NCBI GenBank assembly: GCA_964016885.1
Contig: OZ024741.1
Location: 12,214,001 to 12,278,000 of the forward strand
Direction of reading: 5' to 3'
DNA from: Eledone cirrhosa
Lineage: Eukaryota
DNA length: 64,000 bases
The notes under the pieces: generated by a model
Database searches by the model: none
Told to the model about the DNA's origin: nothing
What the model saw: the letters and a program-made list of their open reading frames with translations, nothing else
Translations under genes and position numbers: made by a program
Part shown: positions 27,900 to 42,200 of the stretch, one piece after another
Layout of the letters: each line of letters starts with the position of its first letter
Numbering within the stretch: the stretch's first letter is position 1

Positions 27900-30800
27900 C
27901 ACAGCTATGATATTAAGGGTATGGGGTTAGAATGTCTCAGGAGATCAGAGAGTCACTCCAGGTAGAGCCGCTACTTCTCCGAATTGAGAGATCACAGCTC
28001 TGATATTAAGGTTATGTGGTTAGAATGTCTCAGGAGATCAGAGAATCATTGCAGGTAGAGCTGCTACCTCTCCGAATTGAGAGATCACAGCTCTGATATT
28101 AAGGGTATGGGGTTAGAATGTCTCAGGAGATCAGAGAGACATTCCAGGTAGAGCTGCTACTTCTCCGAATTGAGAGATCATAGCTCTGATATTAGGGGTA
28201 TGTGGTTAGAATGTCTCAGGAGATCAGAGAGTCATTCCAGGTAAAGCTGCTACTTCTCGGAATTGAGAGATCACAGCTCTGATATTAGGGGTATGTGGTT
28301 AGAATGTCTCAGGAGATCAGAGAGTCACTGCAGGTAGAGATGCTACTTCTCCGAATTTAGAGATCACAGCGCTGATATTAAGGATATGTGGATAGAATGT
28401 CTTAGGAAATCAGAGAGTCACTCCAGATAGAGCTGCTACTTCTCCGAATTGAGAGATCATAGTTCTGATATTAAGGGTAAGTGGTTAGAATGTCTCAGAA
28501 GATCAGAGAGTCATTCCAGATAGAGCTGCTACTTCTCCGAATTGAGAGATCACAGCTCTGATATTAAGGATATGTGGTTAGAATGTCTCAGGAGATCAGA
28601 GAGTCACTGCAGGTAGTGATGCTACTTCTTCGAATTTAGAGATCACAGCTCTGATATTAAGGGTATGTGGTTAGAATGTCTCAGGAGATCAGAGAGTCAT
28701 TCCAGGTAGAGCTGCTACTTTTCCGAATTGAGAGACAATAGCTCTGATATTAAGGGTATGTGGTTAGAATGTCTCAGGAGATCAGAGAGACATTCCAGGA
28801 AGAGCTGCTACTTCTCCGAATTGAGAGATCACAGCTCTGATATTAAGGTTATGGGGTTAGAATATCTCAGGAGATCATAGAGTCACTCCAGGTAGAGCTG
28901 CTACTTCTCCGAATTGAGAGATCACAGCTCTGATATTAAGGGTATGTGGTTAGAATGTCTCAGGAGGTCAGAGAGTCACTCCAGGTAGGGCTGCTACTTC
29001 TCCGAATTTAGAGATCACAGCTCTGATATTAAGGGTATGAGGTTAGTATATCTCAGGAGATCAGAAAGTCATTCCAGGTAGAGCTGCTACTTCTCATAAT
29101 TGAGAGATCACAGCTCTGATATTAAGGGTATGTAGTTAGAATGTCTCAGAGGATCAGAGAGTCGTTCCAGGTAAAGCTGCTACTTCTCCGAATTGAGAGA
29201 CCATAGCTCTGATATTAAGGTTATGTTGTTAGAATGTCTCAGGAGATCAGAGAGTCATTCCAGGTAGAGCTGCTACTTCTCCGAATTGAGAGATCACAGC
29301 GCTGATATTAAGGGTATGTGGTTAGAATGTCTCAGGAGATCAGAGAATCACTCCAGGTAGAACTGCTACTTCTCCGAATTGAGAGATCACAGCTCTGATA
29401 TTAAGGGTATGTGGTTATAATGTCTCAGGAGATCAGAGACTCATTCCAGGTAGAGTTGCTACTTCTCCGAATTGATAGATCTCAGCTCTGATATTAAGGG
29501 TATGTCGTTAGAATGTCTCAGGAGATCAGAGAGTCTTTTCAGGTAAAGCTGCTGCTTCTCCGAATTGAGAGATCACAGCTCTGATATTAAGGGTATGTGG
29601 TTAGAATGTCTCAGGAGATCAGAGAGTCACTCCAGGTAGAGCTGCTACCTCTCCGAATTGAGAGATCACAGCTCTGATATTAAGGGTTTGTGGTTAGAAT
29701 GTCTCAGGAGATCAGAGTGTCACTCCAGGTAGAGCTGCTACTTCTCCGAATTGAGAGATCACAGCTCTGATATTAAGGGTATGTGGTTAGAATGTCTCAG
29801 GAGGTCAGAGTGTCATTCCAGATAGAGCTGCTACTACTCCGAATTGAGAGATCACAGCTCTGATATTAAGGGTATGGGGTTAGAATGCCTCAGGAGATCA
29901 GAGAGTCACTCCAGGTAGAGCTGCTACTTCTCCGAATTGAGAGATCACAGCTCTGATATTAAGGGTATGTGGTTAGAATGTCTCAGGAGATCTGAGTGTC
30001 ATTCCAGGTAGGGCTGCTACTTCTCCGAATTGAGAGATTACAGCTCTGATATTAAGAGTATGTGGTTAGAATGTCTCAGGAGATCAGAGAGTCACTCCAG
30101 GTAGAACTGCTACTTCTCCGAATTGAGAGATCACAGATCTGATATTAAGGGTATGGGGTTAGAATGTCTCAGGAGATCAGAGAGTCACTCCAGGTAGAGC
30201 CGCTACTTCTCCGAATTGAGAGATCACAGCTCTGATATTAAGGTTATGTGGTTAGAATGTCTCAGGAGATCAGAGAGTCATTCCAGGTAGAGCTGCTACT
30301 TCTCCGAATTGAGAGATCACAGCGCTGATATTAAGGGTATGTGGTTAGAATGTCTCAGGAGATCAGAGAGTAACTCCAGGTAGAGCTGCTACCTCTCCGA
30401 ATTGAGAGATCACAGCTCTGATATTAAGGGTATGTGGTTAGAATGTCTCAGGAGATCAGAGAGTCACTCCGGGTAGAGCTGCTACTTCTCCGAATTGAGA
30501 GATCGCAGCTCTGATATTAAGGGTATGTGGTTAGAATGTCTCAGGAGATCAGGGAGTCATTCCAGGTAGAGCTGCTACTTCTCCGAATTGAGAGATCACA
30601 GCTCTGATATTAAGGGTATGAGGTTAGAATGTCTCAGCCGATCAGAGAGTCACTCCAGGTAGAGCGGCTACTACTCCGAATTGAGAGATCACAGCTCTGA
30701 TATTAAGGGTATGTGGTTAGAATGTCTCAGGAGATCAGAGAGTCACTCCAGGTAGAACTGCTACTTCTCCGAATTGAGAGATCACAGCTCTGATATTAAG

Positions 30801-33800
30801 GGTATGTGGTTATAATGTCTCAGGAGATCAGAGACTCATTCCAGGTAGAATTGCTACTTCTCCGAATTGATAGATCACGGCTCTGATATTAAGGGTATGT
30901 CGTTAGAATGTCTCAGGAGATCAGAGAGTCATTCCAGGTAAAGCTGCTGCTTCTCCGAATTGAGAGATCACAGCTCTGATATTAAGGGTATGTGGTTAGA
31001 ATGTCTCAGGAGATCAGAGATTCACTCCAGGTAGAGCTGCTACCTCTCCAAATTGAGAGATCACAGCTCTGATATTAAGGGTTTGTGGTTAGAATGTCTC
31101 AGGAGATCAGAGAGTCACTCCAGGTAGAGCTGCTACTTCTCCGAATTGAGAGATCACAGCTCTGATATTAAGGGTATGTGGTTAGAATGTCTCAGGAGGT
31201 CAGAGTGTCATTCCAGGTAGAGCTGCTACTACTCCGAATTGAGAGATCACAGCTCTGATATTAAGGGTATGGGGTTAGAATGTCTCAGGAGATCTGAGAG
31301 TCATTCCAGGTAGGGCTGCTACTTCTCCGAATTGAGAGATTACAGCTCTGATATTAAGGGTATGTGGTTAGAATGTCTCAGGAGATCAGAGGGTCACTCC
31401 AGGTAGAACTGCTACTTCTCCGAATTGAGAGATCACAGCTCTGATATTAAGGGTATGGGGTTAGAATGTCTCAGGAGATCAGAGAGTCGTTCCAGGTAGA
31501 GCTGCTACTTCTCCGAATTGAGAGATCACAGCTCTGATATTAAGGTTATGTGGTTAGAATGTCTCAGGAGATCAGAGATTCGTTCCAGGTAGAGCTGCTA
31601 CTTCTCCGAATTGAGAGATCACAGCGCTGATATTAAGGGTATGTGGTTAGAATGTCTCAGGAGATCAGAGAGTCACTCCAGGTAGAGCTGCTACCTCTCC
31701 GAATTGAGAGATCACCGCTCTGATATTAAGGGTATGTGGTTAGAATGTCTCAGGAGATCAGAGAGTCACTCCGGGTAGAGCTGCTACTTCTCCGAATTGA
31801 GAGATCACAGCTCTGATATTAAGGGTATGTGGCTAGAATGTCTCAGGAGATCAGAGAGTCATTCCAGGTAGAGCTGCTACTTCTCCGAATTGAGAGATCA
31901 CAGCTCTGATATTAAGGGTATGAGGTTAGAATGTCTCAGCAGATCAGAGAGTCACTCCAGGTAGAGCGGCTACTACTCCGATTTGAGAGATTACAGTTCT
32001 GATATTTAGGGTATGTGGTTAGAATGTCTCAGGAGAACAGAGAATCATTCCAGATAGAGCTGCTACTTCTCCGAATTGAGAGATCACAGCTCTGATATTA
32101 AGGGTATGTCGTTAGAATGTCTCAGGAGGTAAGAGTGTCATTCCAGGTAGAGCTGCTACTACTCCGAATTGAGAGATCACAGCTCTGATATTAAGGGTAT
32201 GGGGTTAGAATGTCTCAGGAGATCAAAGAGTCACTGCTGGTATAACATCTACTACTCCGAATTGAGAGATCACAGCTCTGATTTTAAGGGTATGTGGTTA
32301 GAATGTCTCAGGAGAACAGAGAATCATTCCAGATAGAGCTGCTACTTCTCCGAATTGAGAGATCACAGCTCTGATATTAAGGGTATGTGGTTAGAATGTC
32401 TCAGGAGATCAGAGAGTCACTGCAGGTAGAGATGCTACTTCTCCGAATTGAGAGATCACAGCTATGATATTAAGGGTATGGGGTTAGAATGTCTCAGGAG
32501 ATCAGAGAGTCACTCCAGGTAGAGCCGCTACTTCTCCGAATTGAGAGATCACAGCTCTGATATTAAGGTTATGTGGTTAGAATGTCTCAGGAGATCAGAG
32601 AATCATTGCAGGTAGAGCTGCTACCTCTCCGAATTGAGAGATCACAGCTCTGATATTAAGGGTATGTGGTTAGAATGTCTCAGGAGATCAGAGAGACATT
32701 CCAGGTAGAGCTGCTACTTCTCCGAATTGAGAGATCATAGCTCTGATATTAGGGGTATGTGGTTAGAATGTCTCAGGAGATCAGAGAGTCATTCCAGGTA
32801 AAGCTGCTACTTCTCGGAATTGAGAGATCACAGCTCTGATATTAGGGGTATGTGGTTAGAATGTCTCAGGAGATCAGAGAGTCACTGCAGGTAGAGATGC
32901 TACTTCTCCGAATTTAGAGATCACAGCGCTGATATTAAGGATATGTGGATAGAATGTCTTAGGAAATCAGAGAGTCACTCCAGATAGAGCTGCTACTTCT
33001 CCGAATTGAGAGATCATAGCTCTGATATTAAGGGTAAGTGGTTAGAATGTCTCAGAAGATCAGAGAGTCATTCCAGATAGAGCTGCTACTTCTCCGAATT
33101 GAGAGATCACAGCTCTGATATTAAGGATATGTGGTTAGAATGTCTCAGGAGATCAGAGAGTCACTGCAGGTAGAGATGCTACTTCTCCGAATTTAGAGAT
33201 CACAGCTCTGATATTAAGGGTATGTGGTTAGAATGTCTCAGGAGATCAGAGAGTCATTCCAGGTAGAGCTGCTACTTTTCCGAATTGAGAGACAATAGCT
33301 CTGATATTAAGGGTATGTGGTTAGAATGTCTCAGGAGATCAGAGAGACATTCCAGGAAGAGCTGCTACTTCTCCGAATTGAGAGATCACAGCTCTGATAT
33401 TAAGGTTATGGGGTTAGAATATCTCAGGAGATCATAGAGTCACTCCAGGTAGAGCTGCTACTTCTCCGAATTGAGAGATCACAGCTCTGATATTAAGGGT
33501 ATGTGGTTAGAATGTCTCAGGAGATCATAGAGTCACTCCAGGTAGAGCTGCTACTTCTCCGAATTGAGAGATCACAGCTCTGATATTAAGGGTATGTGGT
33601 TAGAATGTCTCAGGAGGTCAGAGAGTCACTCCAGGTAGGGCTGCTACTTCTCCGAATTTAGAGATCACAGCTCTGATATTAAGGGTATGAGGTTAGTATA
33701 TCTCAGGAGATCAGAAAGTCATTCCAGGTAGAGCTGCTACTTCTCATAATTGAGAGATCACAGCTCTGATATTAAGGGTATGTGGTTAGAATGTCTCAGA

Positions 33801-36730
33801 GGATCAGAGAGTCGTTCCAGGTAAAGCTGCTACTTCTCCGAATTGAGAGACCATAGCTCTGATATTAAGGTTATGTTGTTAGAATGTCTCAGGAGATCAG
33901 AGAGTCATTCCAGGTAGAGCTGCTACTTCTCCGAATTGAGAGATCACAGCGCTGATATTAAGGGTATGTGGTTAGAATGTCTCAGGAGATCAGAGAATCA
34001 CTCCAGGTAGAACTGCTACTTCTCCGAATTGAGAGATCACAGCTCTGATATTAAGGGTATGTGGTTATAATGTCTCAGGAGATCAGAGACTCATTCCAGG
34101 TAGAGTTGCTACTTCTCCGAATTGATAGATCTCAGCTCTGATATTAAGGGTATGTCGTTAGAATGTCTCAGGAGATCAGAGAGTCTTTTCAGGTAAAGCT
34201 GCTGCTTCTCCGAATTGAGAGATCACAGCTCTGATATTAAGGGTATGTGGTTAGAATGTCTCAGGAGATCAGAGAGTCACTCCAGGTAGAGCTGCTACCT
34301 CTCCGAATTGAGAGATCACAGCTCTGATATTAAGGGTTTGTGGTTAGAATGTCTCAGGAGCTCAGAGTGTCACTCCAGGTAGAGCTGCTACTTCTCCGAA
34401 TTGAGAGATCACAGCTCTGATATTAAGGGTATGTGGTTAGAATGTCTCAGGAGGTCAGAGTGTCATTCCAGATAGAGCTGCTACTACTCCGAATTGAGAG
34501 ATCACAGCTCTGATATTAAGGGTATGGGGTTAGAATGCCTCAGGAGATCAGAGAGTCACTCCAGGTAGAGCTGCTACTTCTCCGAATTGAGAGATCACAG
34601 CTCTGATATTAAGGGTATGTGGTTAGAATGTCTCAGGAGATCTGAGTGTCATTCCAGGTAGGGCTGCTACTTCTCCGAATTGAGAGATTACAGCTCTGAT
34701 ATTAAGAGTATGTGGTTAGAATGTCTCAGGAGATCAGAGAGTCACTCCAGGTAGAACTGCTACTTCTCCGAATTGAGAGATCACAGATCTGATATTAAGG
34801 GTATGGGGTTAGAATGTCTCAGGAGATCAGAGAGTCACTCCAGGTAGAGCCGCTACTTCTCCGAATTGAGAGATCACAGCTCTGATATTAAGGTTATGTG
34901 GTTAGAATGTCTCAGGAGATCAGAGAGTCATTCCAGGTAGAGCTGCTACTTCTCCGAATTGAGAGATCACAGCGCTGATATTAAGGGTATGTGGTTAGAA
35001 TGTCTCAGGAGATCAGAGAGTCACTCCGGGTAGAGCTGCTACTTCTCCGAATTGAGAGATCGCAGCTCTGATATTAAGGGTATGTGGTTAGAATGTCTCA
35101 GGAGATCAGGGAGTCATTCCAGGTAGAGCTGCTACTTCTCCGAATTGAGAGATCACAGCTCTGATATTAAGGGTATGAGGTTAGAATGTCTCAGCCGATC
35201 AGAGAGTCACTCCAGGTAGAGCGGCTACTACTCCGAATTGAGAGATCACAGCTCTGATATTAAGGGTATGTGGTTAGAATGTCTCAGGAGATCAGAGAGT
35301 CACTCCAGGTAGAACTGCTACTTCTCCGAATTGAGAGATCACAGCTCTGATATTAAGGGTATGTGGTTATAATGTCTCAGGAGATCAGAGACTCATTCCA
35401 GGTAGAATTGCTACTTCTCCGAATTGATAGATCACGGCTCTGATATTAAGGGTATGTCGTTAGAATGTCTCAGGAGATCAGAGAGTCATTCCAGGTAGAG
35501 CTGCTACCTCTCCAAATTGAGAGATCACAGCTCTGATATTAAGGGTTTGTGGTTAGAATGTCTCAGGAGATCAGAGAGTCACTCCAGGTAGAGCTGCTAC
35601 TTCTCCGAATTGAGAGATCACAGCTCTGATATTAAGGGTATGTGGTTAGAATGTCTCAGGAGGTCAGAGTGTCATTCCAGGTAGAGCTGCTACTACTCCG
35701 AATTGAGAGATCACAGCTCTGATATTAAGGGTATGGGGTTAGAATGTCTCAGGAGAGCAGAGAGTCGTTCCAGGTAGAGCTGCTACTTCTCCGAATTGAG
35801 AGATCACAGCTCTGATATTAAGGTTATGTGGTTAGAATGTCTCAGGAGATCAGAGATTCGTTCCAGGTAGAGCTGCTACTTCTCCGAATTGAGAGATCAC
35901 AGCGCTGATATTAAGGGTATGTGGTTAGAATGTCTCAGGAGATCAGAGAGTCACTCCAGGTAGAGCTGCTACCTCTCCGAATTGAGAGATCACCGCTCTG
36001 ATATTAAGCGTATGTGGTTAGAATGTCTCAGGAGATCAGAGAGTCACTCCGGGTAGAGCTGCTACTTCTCCGAATTGAGAGATCACAGCTCTGATATTAA
36101 GGGTATGTGGCTAGAATGTCTCAGGAGATCAGAGAGTCATTCCAGGTAGAGCTGCTACTTCTCCGAATTGAGAGATCACAGCTCTGATATTAAGGGTATG
36201 AGGTTAGAATGTCTCAGCAGATCAGAGAGTCACTCCAGGTAGAGCGGCTACTACTCCGATTTGAGAGATTACAGTTCTGATATTTAGGGTATGTGGTTAG
36301 AATGTCTCAGGAGAACAGAGAATCATTCCAGATAGAGCTGCTACTTCTCCGAATTGAGAGATCACGGCTCTGATATTAAAGGTATGTCGTTAGAATGTCT
36401 CAGGAGGTAAGAGTGTCATTCCAGGTAGAGCTGCTACTACTCCGAATTGAGAGATCACAGCTCTGATATTAAGGGTATGGGGTTAGAATGTCTCAGGAGA
36501 TCAAAGAGTCACTGCTGGTATAACATCTACTACTCCGAATTGAGAGATCACAGCTCTGATTTTAAGGGTATGTGGTTAGAATGTCTCAGGAGAACAGAGA
36601 ATCATTCCAGATAGAGCTGCTACTTCTCCGAATTGAGAGATCACAGCTCTGATATTAAGGGTATGTGGTTAGAATGTCTCAGGAGATCAGAGAGTCACTG
36701 CAGGTAGAGATGCTACTTCTCCGAATTGAG
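27900..36730 (+). repeat. ~49-monomer (~4.5 kb) tandem duplication with later gain and loss of whole monomers
   Basis: Marker offsets: gctatgat 27904/32461 (4557 = 49 units); gagtcttttc 29531/34181 (4650 = 50); tcagccg 30634/35191 (49); caccgctc 31713/35991 and actgctggtataacatc 32233/36511 (4278 = 46). Confidence 0.9.
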
Positions 36731-39208
36731 AGATCACAGCTCTGATATTAAGGGTATGTGGTTAGAATGTCTCAGGAGATCAGAGAGTCACTCCAGGTAG
36801 AGCCGCTACTTCTCCGAATTGAGAGATCACAGCTCTGATATTAAGGGTATGAGGTTAGAATGTCTCAGGAGATCAAAGAGTCACTCCTGGTATAGCATCT
36901 ACTACTCCGAATTGAGAGATCACAGCTCTGATATTAAGGGTATGTGGTTAGAATGTCTCAGGAGATCAGAGAGTCACTGCAGGTAGAGATGCTACTTCTC
37001 CGAATTTAGAGATCACAGCTCTGATATTAAGGGTATGTGGTTAGAATGTCTCAGGAGATCAGAGAGTCATTCCAGGTAGAGCTGCTACTTCTCCGAATTG
37101 ATAGATCAGAGCTCTGATATTAAGGGTATGGGGTTAGAATGTCTCAGAAGATCAGAGAGTCATTCCAAGTAAAGCTGTTACTTTTCCGAATTGAGAGACA
37201 ATAGCTCTGATATTAAGGTTATGGGGTTAGAATGTCTCAGGAGATCAGAGAGTCACTCCAGGTAGAGCTGCTACTTCTCCGAATTGAGAGATCACAGCTC
37301 TGATATTAAGGGTATGTGGTTAGAATGTCTCAGGAGATCATAGAGTCACTCCAGGTAGAGCGGCTACTACTCCGATTTGAGAGATTACAGTTCTGATATT
37401 AGGGGTATGTGGTTAGAATGTCTCAGGAGATCAGAGTATCATTCCAGATAGAGCTGCTACTTCTCCGAATTGAGAGATCACAGCTCTGATATTAAGGGTA
37501 TGTGGCTAGAATGTCTCAGGAGATCAGAGAGTCACTCCAGGTAGAGCTGCTACTTTTGCGAATTGAGAGATCACAGCTCTGATATTAAGGGTATGTGGTT
37601 AGAATGTCTCAGGAGATCAGAGAGTCACTCCAGGTAGAGCGGCTACTACACCGAATTGAGAGATTACAGTTCTGATATTAAGGTATGTGGTTAGAATGTC
37701 CCAGGAGATCAGAGAGTCACTCCTGGTAGAGCTGCTACTTTTCCAAATTGAGAGATCACAGCTCTGATATTAAGGGTATGTGGTTAGAATGTCTCAGGAG
37801 GTCAGAGAGTCACTCCAGGTAGGGCTGCTACTTCTCCGAATTTAGAGATCACAGCTCTGATATTAAGGGTATGTGGTTAGAATGTCTCAGGAGATCAGAG
37901 AGTCACTCCAGGTAGAGCTGCTACCTCTCCGAATTGAAAGATCACAGCTCTGATATTAAGGGTATGCAGTTAGAATGTCTCAGGAGATCAGAGAGTCATT
38001 CCAGGTAAAGCTGCTACTTCTCCGAATTGAGAGATTACAGCTCTCATATTAGGGGTATGTGGTTAGAATGTCTCAGGAAATCAGAGAGTCACTCCAGGTA
38101 GAGCTGCTACTGCTCTGAATTGAGAGATCACAGCACTGATATTAAGGGTATGTGGTTAGAATGTCTCAGGAGATCAGAGAGTCACTCCAGGTAGAGCTGC
38201 TACTTCTCCGAATTGAGAGATCACAGCTCTGATATTAAGGTTATGTTGTTAGAATGTCTCAGGAGATCAGAGAGTCATTCCAGGTAGAGCTGCTACTTCT
38301 TCGAATTGAGAGATCACAGCTCTGATATTAAGGTTATATGGTTAGAATGTCTAAGGAGATCAGAGTGTCACACCAGGTAGAGATGCTACTTCTCCGAATT
38401 TAGAGATCACAGCTCTGATATTAAGGGTATGTGGTTAGAATGTCTCAGGAGATCAGAGAATCACTCCAGGTAGAACTGCTACTTCTCCGAATTGAGAGAT
38501 CACAGCTCTGATATTAAGGGTATGTGGTTATAATGTCTCAGGAGATCAGAGACTCATTCCAGGTAGAGTTGCTACTTCTCCGAATTGATAGATCACAGCT
38601 CTGATATTAAGGGAATGTCGTTAGAATGTCTCAGGAGATCAGAGAGTCATTCCAGGTAAAGCTGCTACTTCTCCGAATTGAGAGATCACAGCTCTGATAT
38701 TAAGGGTATGTGGTTAGAATGTCTCAGGATATCAGAGAGTCACTCCAGGTAGAGCTGCTACCTCTCCGAATTGTGTGATCACAGCTCTGATATTAAGGGT
38801 ATGTGGTTAGAATGTCTCAGGAGATCAGAGAGTCACTCCAGGTAGAGCTGCTACTTCTCCGAATTGAGAGATCACAGCTCTGATATTAAGGGTATGTGGT
38901 TAGAATGTCTCAGGAGGTCAGAGTGTCATTCCAGGTAGAGCTGCTACTACTCCGAATTGAGAGATCACAGCTCTGATATTAAGGTATGGGGTTAGAATGT
39001 CTCAGGAGATCAGAGAGTCATTCCAGGTAGAGCTACTACTTCTCCGAATTGAGAGATCACAGCTCTGATATTAAGGGTATGTGGTTAGAATGTCTCAGGA
39101 TATCAGAGAGTCACTCCAGGTAGAGCTGCTACTTCTCCGAATTGAGAGATCACAGCTCTGATATTCAGGGTATGTGGTTAGAATGTCTCAGGAGATCTGA
39201 GAGTCATT

Positions 39209-42200
39209 CCAGGTAGGGCTGCTACTTCTCCGAATTGAGAGATCACAGATCTGATATTAAGGGTATGGGGTTAGAATGTCTCAGGAGATCAGAGAGTCAC
39301 TCCAGGTAGAGCCACTACTTCTCCAAATTGAGAGATCACAGCTCTGATATTAAGGTTATGTGGTTAGAATGTCTCAGGAGATCAGAGAGTCATTCCATGT
39401 AGAGCTGCTACTTCTCTGAATTGAGAGATCACAGCTCTGATATTAAGGGTATGAGGTTAGAATGTCTCAGCCGATCAGAGAGTCACTCCAGGTAGAGCTG
39501 CTACCTCACCGAATTGAGAAATCACAGCTCTGATATTAAGGGTATGTGGTTAGAATGTCTCAGGAGATCAGAGAGTCACTCCGGGTAGAGCTGCTACTTC
39601 TCCGAATTGAGAGATCACCGCTCTGATATTAAGGGTATGGGGTTAGAATGTCTCAGGAGATCAGAGAGTCATTCCAGGTAGAGCTGCTACTTCTCCGAAT
39701 TGAGATATCACAGCTCTGATATTAAGGGTATGTGGTTAGAATGTCTCAGGATACCAGAGGGTCATTCCAGGTAGAGCTGCTACTTCTCCGAATTGAGAGA
39801 TAACAGCTCTGATATTAAGGGTATGTGGTTAGAATGTCTCAGGAGATCAGAGAATCACTCCAGGTAGAGCGGCTACTACTCCGAATTGAGAGATTACAGC
39901 TCTGATATTAAGGGTATGTGGTTAGAATGTCTCAGGAGGTCAGAGTGTCATTCCAGGTAGAGCTGCTACTACTCCGAATTGAGAGATCACAGCTCTGATA
40001 TTAAGGGTATGGGGTTAGAATGTCTCAGGAGATCAGAGAGTCATTCCAGGTAGAGCTACTACTTCTCCGAATTGAGAGATCACAGCTCTGATATTAAGGG
40101 TATGTGGTTAGAATGTCTCAGGATATCAGAGAGTCACTCCAGGTAGAGCCACTACTTCTCCGAATTGAGAGATCACAGCTCTGATATTAAGGTTATGTGG
40201 TTAGAATGTCTCAGGAGATCAGAGAGTCATTCCAGGTAGAGCTGCTACTTCTCTGAATTGAGAGATCACAGCGCTGATATTAAGGGTATATGGTTAGAAT
40301 GTCTCAGGAGATCAGAGAGTCACTCCAGGTAGAGCTGCTACCTCACCGAATTGAGAAATCACAGCTCTGATATTAAGGGTATGTGGTTAGAATGTCTCAG
40401 GAGATCAGAGAGTCACTCCGGGTAGAGCTGCTACTTCTCCGAATTGAGAGATCACAGCTCTGATATTAAGGGTATGGGGTTAGAATGTCTCAGGAGATCA
40501 GAGAGTCATTCCAGGTAGAGCTGCTACTTCTCCGAATTGAGAGATCACAGCTCTGATATTAAGGGTATGTGGTTTGAATGTCTCAGGATACCAGAGGGTC
40601 ATTCCAGGTAGAGCTGCTACTTCTCCGAATTGAGAGATAACAGCTCTGATATTAAGGGTATGTGGTTAGAATGTCTCAGGAGATCAGAGAATCACTCCAG
40701 GTAGAGCGGCTACTACTCCGAATTGAGAGATTACAGCTCTGATATTAAGGGTATGTGGTTAGAATGTCTCAGGAGGTCAGAGTGTCATTCCAGGTAGAGC
40801 TGCTACTACTCCGAATTGAGAGATCACAGCTCTGATAATAAGGGTATGGGGTTAGAATGTCTCAGGAGATCAGAGATTCATTCCAGGTAGAGCTACTACT
40901 TCTCCGAATTGAGAGATCACAGCTCTGATATTAAGGGTATGTGGTTAGAATGTCTCAGGATATCAGAGAATCACTCCAGGTAGAGCTGCTACTTCTCCGA
41001 ATTGAGAGATCACAGCTCTGATATTCAGGGTATGTGGTTAGAATGTCTCAGGAGATCTGAGAGTCATTCCAGGTAGGGCTGCTACTTCTCCGAATTGAGA
41101 GATCACAGATCTGATATTAAGGGTATGGGGTTAGAATGTCTCAGGAGATCAGAGAGTCACTCCAGGTAGAGCCACTACTTCTCCGAATTGAGAGATCACA
41201 GCTCTGATATTAAGGTTATGTGGTTAGAATGCCTCTGGCGATCAGAGAGTCACTCCAGGTAGAGCTGCTACTTCTCCGAATTGAGAGATCACAGCTCTGA
41301 TATTAAGGTTATGTTGTTAGAATGTGTCAGGAGATCAGAGAGTCATTCCAGGTAGAGCTGCTACTTCTTCGAATTGAGAGATCACAGCTCTGATATTAAG
41401 GTTATATGGTTAGAATGTCTAAGGAGATCAGAGTGTCACACCAGGTAGGGCTGCTACTTCTCCGAATTGAGAGATCACAGATCTGATATTAAGGGTATGG
41501 GGTTAGAATGTCTCAGGAGATCAGAGAGTCACTCCAGGTAGAGCCACTACTTCTCCAAATTGAGAGATCACAGCTCTGATATTAAGGTTATGTGGTTAGA
41601 ATGTCTCAGGAGATCAGAGAGTCATTCCATGTAGAGCTGCTACTTCTCTGAATTGAGAGATCACAGCTCTGATATTAAGGGTATGAGGTTAGAATGTCTC
41701 AGCCGATCAGAGAGTCACTCCAGGTAGAGCTGCTACCTCACCGAATTGAGAAATCACAGCTCTGATATTAAGGGTATGTGGTTAGAATGTCTCAGGAGAT
41801 CAGAGAGTCACTCCGGGTAGAGCTGCTACTTCTCCGAATTGAGAGATCACCGCTCTGATATTAAGGGTATGGGGTTAGAATGTCTCAGGAGATCAGAGAG
41901 TCATTCCAGGTAGAGCTGCTACTTCTCCGAATTGAGATATCACAGCTCTGATATTAAGGGTATGTGGTTAGAATGTCTCAGGATACCAGAGGGTCATTCC
42001 AGGTAGAGCTGCTACTTCTCCGAATTGAGAGATAACAGCTCTGATATTAAGGGTATGTGGTTAGAATGTCTCAGGAGATCAGAGAATCACTCCAGGTAGA
42101 GCGGCTACTACTCCGAATTGAGAGATTACAGCTCTGATATTAAGGGTATGTGGTTAGAATGTCTCAGGAGGTCAGAGTGTCATTCCAGGTAGAGCTGCTA

